Positions 40,228-50,614 of a DNA stretch of 64,000 nt are shown here, in pieces; the first letter of the stretch is position 1, and each line of letters opens with the position of its first letter. The stretch is from an uncultured Pseudomonadota bacterium (GTDB lineage: Bacteria; Vulcanimicrobiota; Vulcanimicrobiia; Eremiobacterales; Eremiobacteraceae): NCBI GenBank assembly GCA_963736005.1, contig CAVTNB010000001.1, forward strand, positions 1-64,000, read 5' to 3'. The position numbers and the translations under genes were made by a program. The notes below the pieces were generated by a model. That model was not told where the DNA came from. It saw only the letters and a program-made list of their open reading frames with translations, and made no database searches.

Positions 40228-41751
40228 TTAGGGTTGCCAGCGCTCTGCGTGATAGTACGGGGTTTCCAAACTAGGTCCGAATCCGCGCATGCCAGCAGGG
40301 ATGGCTTCGATCTCGCGCAGTTGCGCGATGGCCACGAAGGGAACGTCGCGTGCCACCGCATCTTGCACTGAAGCGTAGTCGCGAATACGCCGCAGGCGGT
40401 CGTTCGTGACTAACGCATCGTTCAGAGCCCGATCGACTTGAGGTTCGCAAAAGCGCGTCACGTTATACCCGGCAGGCGGTATCTGCGAGCAGGCGAGCAG
40501 CCAGGAGGTTTCCGGATCCGCGCCCGTGAGGATCTCGTGCAACGCGAGTTGATAGTTGCCAGACGCCAGCGGTCCGGCGTCAGTTGAGGTGGCTTCAAAC
40601 TGCTGCGCGGAATAGGTCCGAATCGCGAGCGCAACTCCCGCGCGACGTGCCTCTTGCTGCATGATCACCGCCAGCGTGCGCTCCAGTTGGCGCGTGCCAT
40701 CGATCGAGATCGTGAGGCTGGAAGGTAAGCTGGCAAAAGACGCAGGCGCGCTCCTTGACACGTAGGCCCACGTGAAGAGACCTCGCGCCGCTTCGTGGGA
40801 GTCAAGGATGCCGTGTGACGCGAGCGCGACATCGCGCCCGAAATCAAACGCATGCGCAATGGTCCGGCGCACGGGGGCATCGCGCAAAGCTGCATCGCGT
40901 GTTTGCATGCTCAAACACAGAAAGCCATAGATCGGCACGATCCGAAGCTGCAGTCGCCGATTAGCGCGCAATTGCGCCAGCACGAAGGGATCGGCGGCGA
41001 GATACGCGTTCGCCTCACCAGTCTGCAAGCGCAGCACGATGGTTTGCTGACTCGGCACGAATTGAATGCGCAAGCGTGCGATCTTCGGCGCGCCGCCGAA
41101 GTAGTCGGCGTTGGCCGCTAACTGTAAACTGTCAGCTCGGTGCCACGCCTCGACGCGAAACGGTCCGGTGCCGATCGGCGTGGCGTCGAAAATAGAGCCG
41201 CTCAGGGAATGGATCCGTGCGAGCACGTGCGCTGGGAGAATTGGATAATTCTCGGTTTCAAAAAAATAGGTGAGAAATGGGGCGAAGCGTCCGCGCAACT
41301 GCACGCGTAAGGTTGTTGCATCGAGCGCCCGGATGTCGGCGACCTGGTCGAAACCGAGACGCGTTGGCACGGGATTGCGGGGATCCATGACCGCGCGAAA
41401 GGTCGCGACGACATCCGCTGCGGTAAACGGCGCTCCATCTTGCCAGCGCACGCCGCGGCGCAAGTGGTAGAGAATCGTCTTTCCGTCGGGGGAGATGTCA
41501 CCGTTCGCGCTGGTCGGAACCCGCGCCGCGAGGTCGGGCTCGAGTTGCCCATGCGAGTCTATTCGAACGAGGTAGGAGTAGACGAGCGATCCTATTTGTT
41601 CGGCTGTGGGGCCGCTCGCAAGCAGCGGGTCGAGGGTGCGCGGTTCGGACGTTTGCGCGATGACAAAGGTCGGCGGGCCGCCGGGGGCGACGGTGCGCGC
41701 GCACCCAGCGAACTGCACCGCAACGAGTGCAGCCAAGGCCAGAGCTCGCAA
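40228..41751 (-). CDS. Peptide ABC transporter substrate-binding lipoprotein (family 5)
   Basis: Likely TTG start giving MRALALAALVAVQFAGC (lipobox); EPRTLDP; WQDGAPFTAADV; PIGTGPF. Confidence 0.88.
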   Translation of the reverse strand: MRALALAALVAVQFAGCARTVAPGGPPTFVIAQTSEPRTLDPLLASGPTAEQIGSLVYSYLVRIDSHGQLEPDLAARVPTSANGDISPDGKTILYHLRRGVRWQDGAPFTAADVVATFRAVMDPRNPVPTRLGFDQVADIRALDATTLRVQLRGRFAPFLTYFFETENYPILPAHVLARIHSLSGSIFDATPIGTGPFRVEAWHRADSLQLAANADYFGGAPKIARLRIQFVPSQQTIVLRLQTGEANAYLAADPFVLAQLRANRRLQLRIVPIYGFLCLSMQTRDAALRDAPVRRTIAHAFDFGRDVALASHGILDSHEAARGLFTWAYVSRSAPASFASLPSSLTISIDGTRQLERTLAVIMQQEARRAGVALAIRTYSAQQFEATSTDAGPLASGNYQLALHEILTGADPETSWLLACSQIPPAGYNVTRFCEPQVDRALNDALVTNDRLRRIRDYASVQDAVARDVPFVAIAQLREIEAIPAGMRGFGPSLETPYYHAERWQP

Positions 41752-41758
41752 TTGCGCA

Positions 41759-41783
41759 CGCGCGAATGAATTCGCGCGACTAC
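41759..41783. repeat. REP family 1 copy
   Basis: CGCGCGAATGAATTCGCGCGACTAC. Confidence 0.85.
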
Positions 41784-41813
41784 ATTTTAAAGCGCAGGTG
41801 GCGTCAGGTGTGC

Positions 41814-44800
41814 TTACAGCTTCACCTGGAGCGTCACATATGCTTGAAACGGAATCTTCGTCCCCAAGAATTGCGTATTGTTGTTTCCGTTTTGCACCGT
41901 GTAGGGAAACGCGTAGTTCGGATCTCCGGCTGCGCTGGAGAACGTGCTCGAATTGGGCGCCACGCTGAACGGGAGCGTTGTGTACGTGCAAAAGTCTGCG
42001 CGATCCCAAGGGTAACCGCGCTGATGGCACGCGTCGACAAGGCCGGTCATCGCCAGGGTGAGTTGTGCGGCGTTCGTCAGTGCATAGCCGAGTTGCAGGT
42101 TAGCGGTAATACGCGAGGGCTGCATGAATGCGCCCATATTGTCGAACTTGCCGGTGAAGTCGTCGGGAATTGGGATCGTCGACGAGTTAGCGGTTGCGGG
42201 ATCGCTGCCGATCATGGCAAGCGGTGCCCCGTAAAACGTGCCTGAGGTAAACGTGACCGAAGGCGTTGCCGTGAAGCGTGCATGCTTGTATTGTGCAAGC
42301 AGCGTCGTGGTGATCGGCGGCCCGAAGCCATTGCCTGCGGCGAGCGGTTCTTCAGGCAACACATCATAAGGAACATACGATCCGTTCGGGTCGAAGAGCG
42401 GTTGCACGGGTCTGTTCCAATACGGGTTAGGGGTATCGCCGCCAGCGCAACTTGGGTCCGGGGCGCCGCCCGGCGTGAAGCACTTGGCCGCCCCAGCGCC
42501 CGTGCTCGTGCTGCCGCACACAGCGCTTCCAAATTGCAACTGACCCGCTGCGCTGCCGCCCGCACCGCACGCAGACGTGTAGGCGTTGTACTGTTGCACC
42601 TGATGATTGATGAGGTCGAGCAAATTGAAACCGCTGGCGAACTTAGCGTAGTGGAAACGGCTGTAGTCGTAGGTGAACGCCAAGAGCCCGGAGACTCCGT
42701 CGCTTTGGAAATTGCCTTTCTGAAGCGCGAGTTCAACGCCGAACGATTTCTCGCTCCCCACGTTCACGCCCGATTCGTTGCCGCTCGTGTCGAGCAGGAT
42801 GTTCTCGAATTGTCCCATGGTCCCGCGATAGTACGGCGTCAGCTTGAAGCTCATGTCCGTTCCGTGAAGACGTTGCTCCCACGAAAAATCAACGTTGTGC
42901 GACACATCCGGAACTAAGTCGTGCTGAGGCGAGGTGAAGCCGTACGGAATAAATTTTTGTGCCATGGCCGTTGCGATATCTTGTTGCACCGTTCCGTACT
43001 GCACCCACGAAGCATTCGGCGGTCGAGCATACGTCCCGTACGATGCGCGCAGCGTCGTATCGCCCGAAAGCTGGTACGTTGCGGCCAAACGCGGTTCGAA
43101 GACCGAGTTCGATTCGGTCGAATCGCTCGCCAAGCTGAGCTGGATCGGGCCGCTTCCCGCCGGACACGCACTCGCCGCGCCAGTCGCGGGATCGATGGTT
43201 CGCTGCTGGATCGTAAGATTGGCTGAGGTAACGCAAAACTCGTGGTTCCAAGCATCGATCCAAAACTGACGCGCCGGATAACCATCGGCTTCGTTCACGA
43301 GCCTGTCATCGTAGCGTTCGACGCGCGCGCCTGCGTCCAGCGTCAGCCGATCGTTGGGGCGAAACCGGTCGGCGACCGAAAAGGCAGTAAGGATGGGACT
43401 GACTTGGTTGATGAGGCCGCCCAACCCATTTTCGGTTACGATCCAACGGGCGCCGTTTGTTGCGGCCGGCGTTCCAGCACCCGCGGTGGTGAACGGATCG
43501 AAAACTCCCGAGTTGACGTTCAGGGTCGCCTGCGAGGCCGATGAAAAACAGCTCGTGTACGCCCCGCTCGATTGGTCGTAGCAGTGTATGCCGTCCGTGT
43601 AGCTTCCAATCAAGACGCTGCCGAGAAAATTGCCACCGATCTGTCCGTTAGCTGTCGTTCCGCCACCGAGCAAGAAGTCGAAGCCCGAAGAGTAGCGGTA
43701 CTCTTTCGAACTGGCGATTGACGTCGACAGCGTGAGGAGATGCTTGTCGCTGAGTTGATCCGCCAAGGCGATGCTTCCGCCGAACGTGATTTCAGGCAAA
43801 ATGTATTGCAGGGTTGAGGGTACGGGAATGGGGTCTTCGATGAACCAGTTTGAATACGAACTAAAACCCAAGATGCGCAAGTACGCGTGCGTGCCGATGT
43901 TATGCTGATACTGCAGCTTCGTAAGACTGAACCCATTGTCTGCAACCGCGCGAAGGTTAAGACTGACCGTGCTTTGGAAGCTTCGCATGGCATCTGGCGT
44001 GTCGGGAAAGAGGTACTGACCGACCGCCGCGGTGTTCAGGGGCGCGAAGACCTGACCCGTGTAGATGTATTGATCCGGATACGCAAACGTCGTGCCGAAG
44101 GTTGCTTTCCCACCGAAATCACCAAATGATCCGTACGTAAAGGTGTGCAGGTCGCTTTCAACGTGGAGGAGTTGGAGGTCATCGCTTCCGCTGTCGCTGC
44201 TGTGCGGGATTGCGTAGTGGAGATTGATGACCGATTCGCGATCGCGCGTCTGCGATGCGCCCAGCGTCGTGCCGGGGAGATCAATGGGAGCGCCACTCGC
44301 AGTGAACTGAAATGACGGAAAAAAGAAGCCCGATTGGTTGAGACTCGCGCCGTTGAACGGATCGACGAAGCGATATGACTGATAGGCTAAGGCGCTTGCG
44401 ATGTAATAGGTGAAGCGGTCGTTGGGTGAAGCTCCGCCGTATTCCAACGCGCCTTTTTGGTATCCCGCCGGGAAACCGAAACCGTACGTCAGAGAGCCGA
44501 ACGGTATGCGCGTTCCGGTCTTGACAACCTGATTCACGTAGCCGCTGATGCCTTGGCCATCCGAGCTTGCCGTTGCGCCGCCCGTGTACACTTGCAATTC
44601 TTGCTGACCGAGGTTAGTCAGGAGCGCCTCGGGTGCATTGTCGTAGGAACGGTTCACGGGAACGCCGTCAAACTCATATCCGATTTGGTCTTGATCGCCG
44701 CCGCGGATAAAGATCGGCTGATACCATCCCTGCTGACCTTGCGGAACGTAAACGCCAGGCACTGCAGCAAGCGCGCTGTAGGCTTGATCAACACCGCCCG

Positions 44801-45272
44801 GTCCGGCAAGCGGCAACGCGGCCTTTGCAGCTTCTGGCGTCACCGAGTAAAGATCGATAGTCTGGCCTGGGCGCACCAAACCAATCCCTGTTCGCGCGAC
44901 CACTCGTCCAAGCGATTTCACCTCAGACATCATGGTGATGTTGAGGTTGAGCTGCACGTCGGCTTGAATCGTCACCCCGGTTTGCGAATATGGCTGATAG
45001 CCGTCCTTCGTGGCGCTCAACGTGTATGTATCGGGAGAAAGCGAAAGGAACGTATAGCGACCCCGCGCATCGGTCATCGTGCCGGCGGAGCCCGAAGGGG
45101 CGATCATGTGAACTTGGACGCCGGAAAGCGGCGCCGCTGTCGTCGCATCATCGATGCGACCACTAATGCCGCCGGTGGTTCCGCCAAGAATCGGTATGCA
45201 CCAAGCAAAGATGGCGGCGCCCGCCACGAAGGAGACAATAAGACGCACTGCGCGGCTCGCTTTGGATTGCAT
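41814..45272 (-). CDS. TonB-dependent receptor with carboxypeptidase regulatory-like N-domain
   Basis: GTTGGISGRI; IRGGDQDQIGYEFDGVPV plug; EPRLAATY; C-terminal beta strand. Confidence 0.88.
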   Translation of the reverse strand: MQSKASRAVRLIVSFVAGAAIFAWCIPILGGTTGGISGRIDDATTAAPLSGVQVHMIAPSGSAGTMTDARGRYTFLSLSPDTYTLSATKDGYQPYSQTGVTIQADVQLNLNITMMSEVKSLGRVVARTGIGLVRPGQTIDLYSVTPEAAKAALPLAGPGGVDQAYSALAAVPGVYVPQGQQGWYQPIFIRGGDQDQIGYEFDGVPVNRSYDNAPEALLTNLGQQELQVYTGGATASSDGQGISGYVNQVVKTGTRIPFGSLTYGFGFPAGYQKGALEYGGASPNDRFTYYIASALAYQSYRFVDPFNGASLNQSGFFFPSFQFTASGAPIDLPGTTLGASQTRDRESVINLHYAIPHSSDSGSDDLQLLHVESDLHTFTYGSFGDFGGKATFGTTFAYPDQYIYTGQVFAPLNTAAVGQYLFPDTPDAMRSFQSTVSLNLRAVADNGFSLTKLQYQHNIGTHAYLRILGFSSYSNWFIEDPIPVPSTLQYILPEITFGGSIALADQLSDKHLLTLSTSIASSKEYRYSSGFDFLLGGGTTANGQIGGNFLGSVLIGSYTDGIHCYDQSSGAYTSCFSSASQATLNVNSGVFDPFTTAGAGTPAATNGARWIVTENGLGGLINQVSPILTAFSVADRFRPNDRLTLDAGARVERYDDRLVNEADGYPARQFWIDAWNHEFCVTSANLTIQQRTIDPATGAASACPAGSGPIQLSLASDSTESNSVFEPRLAATYQLSGDTTLRASYGTYARPPNASWVQYGTVQQDIATAMAQKFIPYGFTSPQHDLVPDVSHNVDFSWEQRLHGTDMSFKLTPYYRGTMGQFENILLDTSGNESGVNVGSEKSFGVELALQKGNFQSDGVSGLLAFTYDYSRFHYAKFASGFNLLDLINHQVQQYNAYTSACGAGGSAAGQLQFGSAVCGSTSTGAGAAKCFTPGGAPDPSCAGGDTPNPYWNRPVQPLFDPNGSYVPYDVLPEEPLAAGNGFGPPITTTLLAQYKHARFTATPSVTFTSGTFYGAPLAMIGSDPATANSSTIPIPDDFTGKFDNMGAFMQPSRITANLQLGYALTNAAQLTLAMTGLVDACHQRGYPWDRADFCTYTTLPFSVAPNSSTFSSAAGDPNYAFPYTVQNGNNNTQFLGTKIPFQAYVTLQVKL

Positions 45273-45361
45273 GAAGCCTCCTCGCTGATACGGTGCAGAA
45301 GTTTGACAAGACTGAACGAATCTACTACCATTGCACTTATCATCGCCGGAGATAGCTACGC

Positions 45362-46732
45362 ATGCCGACCATCGCTTCGGAACGAGGCGCGAAGAAGCTC
45401 CCCCAGCGGTCCGTTGAAGGGGTCCAGGTAGCTCAAGAGATCGTGTGCCGCGTCTTCGCGGGCGTGCATGCCGGCATATCGGTCGTCCTTGCCGACGGCA
45501 CGGTTCTGCGCGAGCCGGATGAGCCTCTTGAGGCTACGATCGTCCTCAATCACCCAGCCGTCCTGCGAGCGCTGCTCAGACGAACCTCTGATCTCGGGGC
45601 CGGCGAAGCGGTCGCGCGCGGCGATCTCGACGTCGAGGGTGATATCGAGCGCGGACTCGCGGCGATGGACATCGTCGCCGATACGCGTACGCCCAAAGAG
45701 TGGATAGCGATCGCAGCGCTCGCGACGAAGCTGCCGGCGCCTCCACGCGAACCGGTGATCCGAGATGGCCGTCGCCCCGCGCGGCTTCGCGGTCGGGTAC
45801 ATTCGCTCCAGCGGGATCGCGAGGCGATCGCCTACCACTACGATGTCTCGAACGACTTCTATGCGCTGTGGCTCGATGAGAGTATGACGTACTCGTGCGC
45901 GTACTTCCAAGATCAGGCTGATACGCTCGACCGCGCGCAACGCAATAAGCACGACCTCATCTGCCGAAAACTCCGCCTCCGCAGCGGCGAGCGTCTGCTT
46001 GACGTTGGTTGTGGTTGGGGAGGCCTTGCGAGATTCGCGGCGCGAGAGTACGGCGTCAGCGTCGTTGGCGTCACCTTGAGCCGAAGGCAGGCCGAATACG
46101 CACAGGCTCGCAACGCCCGAGAAGGTCTCGAGCGGCGGTGTCGGATTGAGCTGCTGGATTATCGCGAGCTTGCCGCCCTTGGAGCGTTTAATAAAGCGGC
46201 GAGCGTCGGCATGGTCGAGCATGTGGGCGACGCCAACTTGGGCGAGTACTTCGACGCGGTGTTTTGTGCCCTCGTGCCCGGGGGACTCTTCCTCAATCAT
46301 GGCATCATCACGCAGCAGGCGAAAGCCACAGGCGTGCGAGCGTTTGCCGAGCGTTTTTTCCCGCGTCGGTCGCGTTTTACAGAAAGCTACGTGTTCCCCG
46401 ACGGTGAAATGCCTCACTTGCCCGTGATGGCTGAGGCTGCGCAACGCGCCGGCTTCGAACTGAGAGACGTCGAGAACCTCCGCGAACACTATGCGCAGAC
46501 GCTTCGTCATTGGGCACAGCGCCTTGCTGCGAGGGAGGCCGCAGCGCGATCTATCGTCGGTGACTCCACCTACAACGTCTGGCGCTTCTGGCTCGCAGGG
46601 TCTGCGCACAGCTTCGCAATAGGCCGCCTTGGGGTGGTGCAGATGCTGCTTGCAAAGTGGACGGCGGACGCGCGGGCGCATGTACCCGCGACACGCGCCG
46701 ACATCTACGCCGGCCCTCTCGCCGGAAAATAA
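45362..46732 (+). CDS. cfa: Cyclopropane-fatty-acyl-phospholipid synthase family methyltransferase
   Basis: IAYHYDVSNDFY; MTYSCAYF; LLDVGCGWG; SVGMVEHVG; YVFPDG; HYAQTL. Confidence 0.92.
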   Translation: MPTIASERGAKKLPQRSVEGVQVAQEIVCRVFAGVHAGISVVLADGTVLREPDEPLEATIVLNHPAVLRALLRRTSDLGAGEAVARGDLDVEGDIERGLAAMDIVADTRTPKEWIAIAALATKLPAPPREPVIRDGRRPARLRGRVHSLQRDREAIAYHYDVSNDFYALWLDESMTYSCAYFQDQADTLDRAQRNKHDLICRKLRLRSGERLLDVGCGWGGLARFAAREYGVSVVGVTLSRRQAEYAQARNAREGLERRCRIELLDYRELAALGAFNKAASVGMVEHVGDANLGEYFDAVFCALVPGGLFLNHGIITQQAKATGVRAFAERFFPRRSRFTESYVFPDGEMPHLPVMAEAAQRAGFELRDVENLREHYAQTLRHWAQRLAAREAAARSIVGDSTYNVWRFWLAGSAHSFAIGRLGVVQMLLAKWTADARAHVPATRADIYAGPLAGK

Positions 46733-46781
46733 CGACCGGTGGCGGGTCCGAGCTAGAGCGCAGTCGAAAGCCCTCGTCGCT

Positions 46782-48248
46782 ATGGCTGCTGAAGTAATGA
46801 AGACGCTGTTTTTGAATCCGCCGAGCTATGAGGGTTTTGACGGCGGGGCCGGCGCGCGCTACCAGGCGCGGCGTGAGATTCAAGTCGTTCTGGTATCCGA
46901 CTTGGCTGGCGCAGCCCGCCGCGATGGTTCCCGGCAGCCGGCTGATCGATGCGCCGCCCGATGGGCTTACCGTGGATCAAGTGGCTCCGCTGGCCAAGGA
47001 TTACGAACTGGCCGTGCTGCACACCAGCACGCCGTCGTTTCCCAACGACGCGAAATTTGCCGCGCACCTAAGGAAGTAGAATCCCAAGATCATGGTCGGC
47101 ATGGTCGGCGCGCACGTCGGCGTGCTGCCGCTGCAGTCCATGAACGCCGCGCCGGCGGTGGATTGGGTGGCGGTCGGCGAGTTCGATTATATCTGCGCGG
47201 ACATTGCCGCGCGCAAGCCGCTGCAAGGATGTTGGCGGCATCGCCTATCGCGATAACGGGCGCGTCGACGTTCACGCCGCCGCGGCCCACGATTGAGAAC
47301 ATGGATGAGCTGCCGTTCGTCGATGGACGTCTACAAGCGCGACCTGACGATTGAAAACTATTTCATCGGCTATTTGCAGCATCCCTACGTGTCGCTCTAT
47401 ACGGGGCGCGGATGCCGGTCGAAGTGCACGTTCTGCCTGTGGCCGCAGACGCTGGGCGGGCATCGCTATCGCGTGCGCAGCGCGGACAACGTGGCAGCGG
47501 AAATGGCGCTGGCGAAGAAATATTTCCCGCAGGTGCGCGAATTTTTCTTCGACGACGATACGTTCACCGACGATCTGCCGCGCGCCGAAGAAATCGCGCG
47601 GCGACTCGGGCAAGCTGGGCCTGACCTGGTCGTGCAACGCGAAGGCCAACGTGCCGCGCAAGACGCTCGAAATCATGAAGGACAACGGGCTGCGCCTGCT
47701 GCTGGTTGGCTACGAATCCGGGAACCAGCAGATTCTGATCAACATCAAGAAAGGCGTGCGCCTGGATATCGCGCGCGAGTTTTCGCGCAACGCGAAGGAA
47801 CTGGGAATCAAGATTCACGGCACGTTCATCCTCGGACTTCCCGGCGAGACGCCGGAGACGATCCGCGAGACCATCCGGTTTGCGTGCGACATCGATCCGG
47901 AAACGATTCAGGTTTCGCTCGCCGCGCCCTATCCGGGCACCGAACTCTACCGCCAGGCGCAGGAGCAGGGCTGGCTGCAGAATGCAGAGCGGCGAACTGG
48001 TGGATCACGCACGGCATTCAGACCGCGGCGATGAATTATCCGGGCCTGAGCTCGACGGTGATTTTCAATTCGCGTCGAGGAGTTTTACCGGAAGTTTTAT
48101 TTCCGCCCGCGCAAGATGTTCTCGCTGTTCGGCGGAATGCTGCGCGATCCGCGAAGTGATGAAGCGGCGGCTGCGCGAGGGCGTCGAATTCTTCAAGTTC
48201 CTGCGCGAACGAAAAGACGAGCGTCCGTCCGTGAAGCTGGGCGCGTAG
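46782..48248 (+). CDS. hpnJ: Hopanoid-associated radical SAM protein HpnJ, with multiple frameshifts
   Basis: KTLFLNPPSYEGFDGGAGARYQARRE / SFWYPTWLAQPAA / GRGCRSKCTFCLWPQT / IHGTFILGLPGET / RRLREGVEFF, spread across several frames. Confidence 0.85.
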
Positions 48249-48250
48249 CG

Positions 48251-49060
48251 CTACTCCGTGTAACCGAGCATGTAGATTCCAAGCGCCATAGCGAAAAAAG
48301 TCCACAGCGTCGCGCCCAGACGACCCTTTAAGATTCCCCCATCCGCCAGAAGTTTCGCCGCCGCAAATCCCAAGCCCACAACGGAAAACCACAGGTGCTC
48401 GTGCTTGACCTCGCTCATGGAGGCCATCAAGGTCTTCATAACGGGGTTGGAGGACATTGCCGCATTAGACATGTGCTGCATTAATTGTTGCGTTTCTGGT
48501 CCACCATGCTTGTGGAAGAAAAGGAAGATGGCGCCAAAAACCGCGAGGCTCGGAACAGCATAGACCCGCAGCAAGGGCGGCAGGCGGTCCGCCGCGCGAA
48601 GTAATTCGATAATCGCGAGCAACAGCAGGAGAAGCACAAAAGCGCGGTGCTGTTGCACCGAAGGGTCGGCAAAACTGATCCAAAACCCGTAGGGGCCATT
48701 CGGCCAAGTCTTCGGGTCGTTGCGCAGAACCAGGAATTCTACCAATCCGAACAACATGAGCGGCGGCACAAAACGTACCCATGTGCGGCGCGGCCACTGC
48801 AAACCGGCGAACAGCGCGGTCAATCCCCACAAGAACAGAAAAAAACCGGCGCCCCGGTGATTGAACACCGACCACTGTGTGCCCGAGACAGGCGTTGCCG
48901 GAAGCATCTCTGGGTTCTGCATGGTCTGGCTGGATTGCATGGTACCCATTGGCGTGGGAGTCGGCGTCGAGTCGCCCTTGGCGGCGGACAAAGAGAAATA
49001 TCCAAAAAAAATGCAGGGAAGTATGAGGGCGACCGTTATTACGCGACCGCATCGGATCAT
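48251..49060 (-). CDS. Multi-pass membrane protein with His motifs and Met-rich segments (putative Cu/heme binding)
   Basis: About six TM segments; FNHR, QQHR, FFHKHGG, KHEHLW. Confidence 0.7.
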   Translation of the reverse strand: MIRCGRVITVALILPCIFFGYFSLSAAKGDSTPTPTPMGTMQSSQTMQNPEMLPATPVSGTQWSVFNHRGAGFFLFLWGLTALFAGLQWPRRTWVRFVPPLMLFGLVEFLVLRNDPKTWPNGPYGFWISFADPSVQQHRAFVLLLLLLAIIELLRAADRLPPLLRVYAVPSLAVFGAIFLFFHKHGGPETQQLMQHMSNAAMSSNPVMKTLMASMSEVKHEHLWFSVVGLGFAAAKLLADGGILKGRLGATLWTFFAMALGIYMLGYTE

Positions 49061-49102
49061 CAGTGACTCCTTGATTAAGACGAAGCCGAGCTTGCCGTAC
49101 AG

Positions 49103-49828
49103 TTACTGTTGTGGAAATCCCTTTTCAGAACAGGTTTCGCAACCTTCGTGCGTCGGAGCAATACCTGGCAGGCGAACGGTAAAACTAGCCCCATGCGAGC
49201 TTGAGGCGGCAGCGGTGACCAAGCCGCCGTGCGCTTCGACGAGTTGCTTGACGATCGCGAGTCCGTAGCCCGAACCGTCGGTGTCAGCGCTCGCTAACCC
49301 TCGGACACCGGCTTCGAATACCTCGTTGACCTCGCTTTCGCGTATGCCCGGTCCGCTGTCGGAAATGCGGACCTGCAACTGATCGCCTGGGTGGTCGCAG
49401 TCCACAGACACGGTGCCGCCCCGCGGCGTGTAGCGGACGGCGTTGAGCAAAATATTTTTGACGATTTGCCCGATGCGGGCTGGGTCGCCGTAAAACTGCG
49501 CGCACCTCGCCGACGGCATCGCACAGCGATGAATGGAGACCTTTATGTCCTTGGCGCGCGCGACTGCCTCGATTGCGGCGTATTCGTGGTCGAGGAGCTC
49601 GCAGACGTTCATGAGGGTCGGGTGCAGCGACATCTGTACCTTTGGGCCAATGTCACCCAGGTCGTCGATAAGCGAATCGAGCTGGCTGAGCGCTTGAAGG
49701 ATGCCGAGCAGCCGCTCGGGAGTGGGAGCGAATTTGCCGTCGATGAGACCTTCCAGATTCGCCTTCGCCACTGCGAGCTCGTTGCGCATTTCGTGGATCA
49801 ATTCCGCGAGCTGTGTTGGTGCTTTCAT
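49103..49828 (-). CDS. Cytoplasmic histidine kinase lacking a sensor domain
   Basis: H-box IHEMRN at residues 11-16; NILLNAVRY; DSGPGI; GSGYGLAI; tail HEGCETC. Confidence 0.88.
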   Translation of the reverse strand: MKAPTQLAELIHEMRNELAVAKANLEGLIDGKFAPTPERLLGILQALSQLDSLIDDLGDIGPKVQMSLHPTLMNVCELLDHEYAAIEAVARAKDIKVSIHRCAMPSARCAQFYGDPARIGQIVKNILLNAVRYTPRGGTVSVDCDHPGDQLQVRISDSGPGIRESEVNEVFEAGVRGLASADTDGSGYGLAIVKQLVEAHGGLVTAAASSSHGASFTVRLPGIAPTHEGCETCSEKGFPQQ

Positions 49829-49838
49829 CGTGTATCCC

Positions 49839-50579
49839 TCAAGCCTGCGGGTTCTTCGCCATCTTGTAGCCCACTCCAAACACCGTCAAGACGTACTTCG
49901 GATTCGCGGGTTCGACCTCGACTTTATGCCGCAGATTTGCGATGTGACGGTCAAGCGTGCGGTCAAACACTTCGAGATCATCTGCCCTGGTGGCATCGAG
50001 GAGTTGCGAGCGCGTGAAAGTCCGCCCAGGATGCGTGGCCAGGGCTTCGAGGATGCGAAATTCTGTTGGCGTCAGCGAAACTTCCTGACCGCCAATCCAC
50101 ACCTCATGGTTTTCGGGATCGATACGAAGGTCGCCGATGACGAGCAGCGGCGCGTTCTGTTGCCCCGCATTCGTCAGCGCGCTGTTATGCGTCGGGGGTG
50201 GCTGAGAGTTTCCGGAGCGCCGCAGGACGGCCTTGACTCGTGCGACCACTTCGCGCGGACTGAAGGGCTTGGTGATGTAGTCGTCAGCACCAAGCTCGAG
50301 ACCGATGATTCTATCGATCTCATCCGTCCGCGATGTGAGCATGAGAATCGGCGTATCAGCCTCGGCCCGCATGAGACGGAACACATCGAGGCCCGACATT
50401 TCCGGCAGCTTGAGATCCAAGATCACGAGGTCCGGCCGGTGCGAATTGAACGTTTCCACTGCCTGGCTTCCGTCATGGGCCTTGCTGACAATGAACCCCT
50501 CGTCGGTGAGATACCGTTCCAGCACCTCGACGATCTTGGGTTCATCGTCCACCAGGAGTATTTTTTTAGCCTCGGCCAC
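49839..50579 (-). CDS. OmpR/PhoB-family response regulator
   Basis: ILLVDDE; LDLKLP; GADDYITKPF; LTVFGVGY. Confidence 0.95.
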   Translation of the reverse strand: MAEAKKILLVDDEPKIVEVLERYLTDEGFIVSKAHDGSQAVETFNSHRPDLVILDLKLPEMSGLDVFRLMRAEADTPILMLTSRTDEIDRIIGLELGADDYITKPFSPREVVARVKAVLRRSGNSQPPPTHNSALTNAGQQNAPLLVIGDLRIDPENHEVWIGGQEVSLTPTEFRILEALATHPGRTFTRSQLLDATRADDLEVFDRTLDRHIANLRHKVEVEPANPKYVLTVFGVGYKMAKNPQA

Positions 50580-50614
50580 GAGTGTTCATTCGTGGCCGAG
50601 GACGGGTTCCACTA

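Noticed and set aside
44457..46681. Long antisense ORFs 44457-45431 (+) and 45356-46681 (-)
   Set aside because: Shadows of the TBDR and cfa genes on the opposite strand, with no motifs of their own
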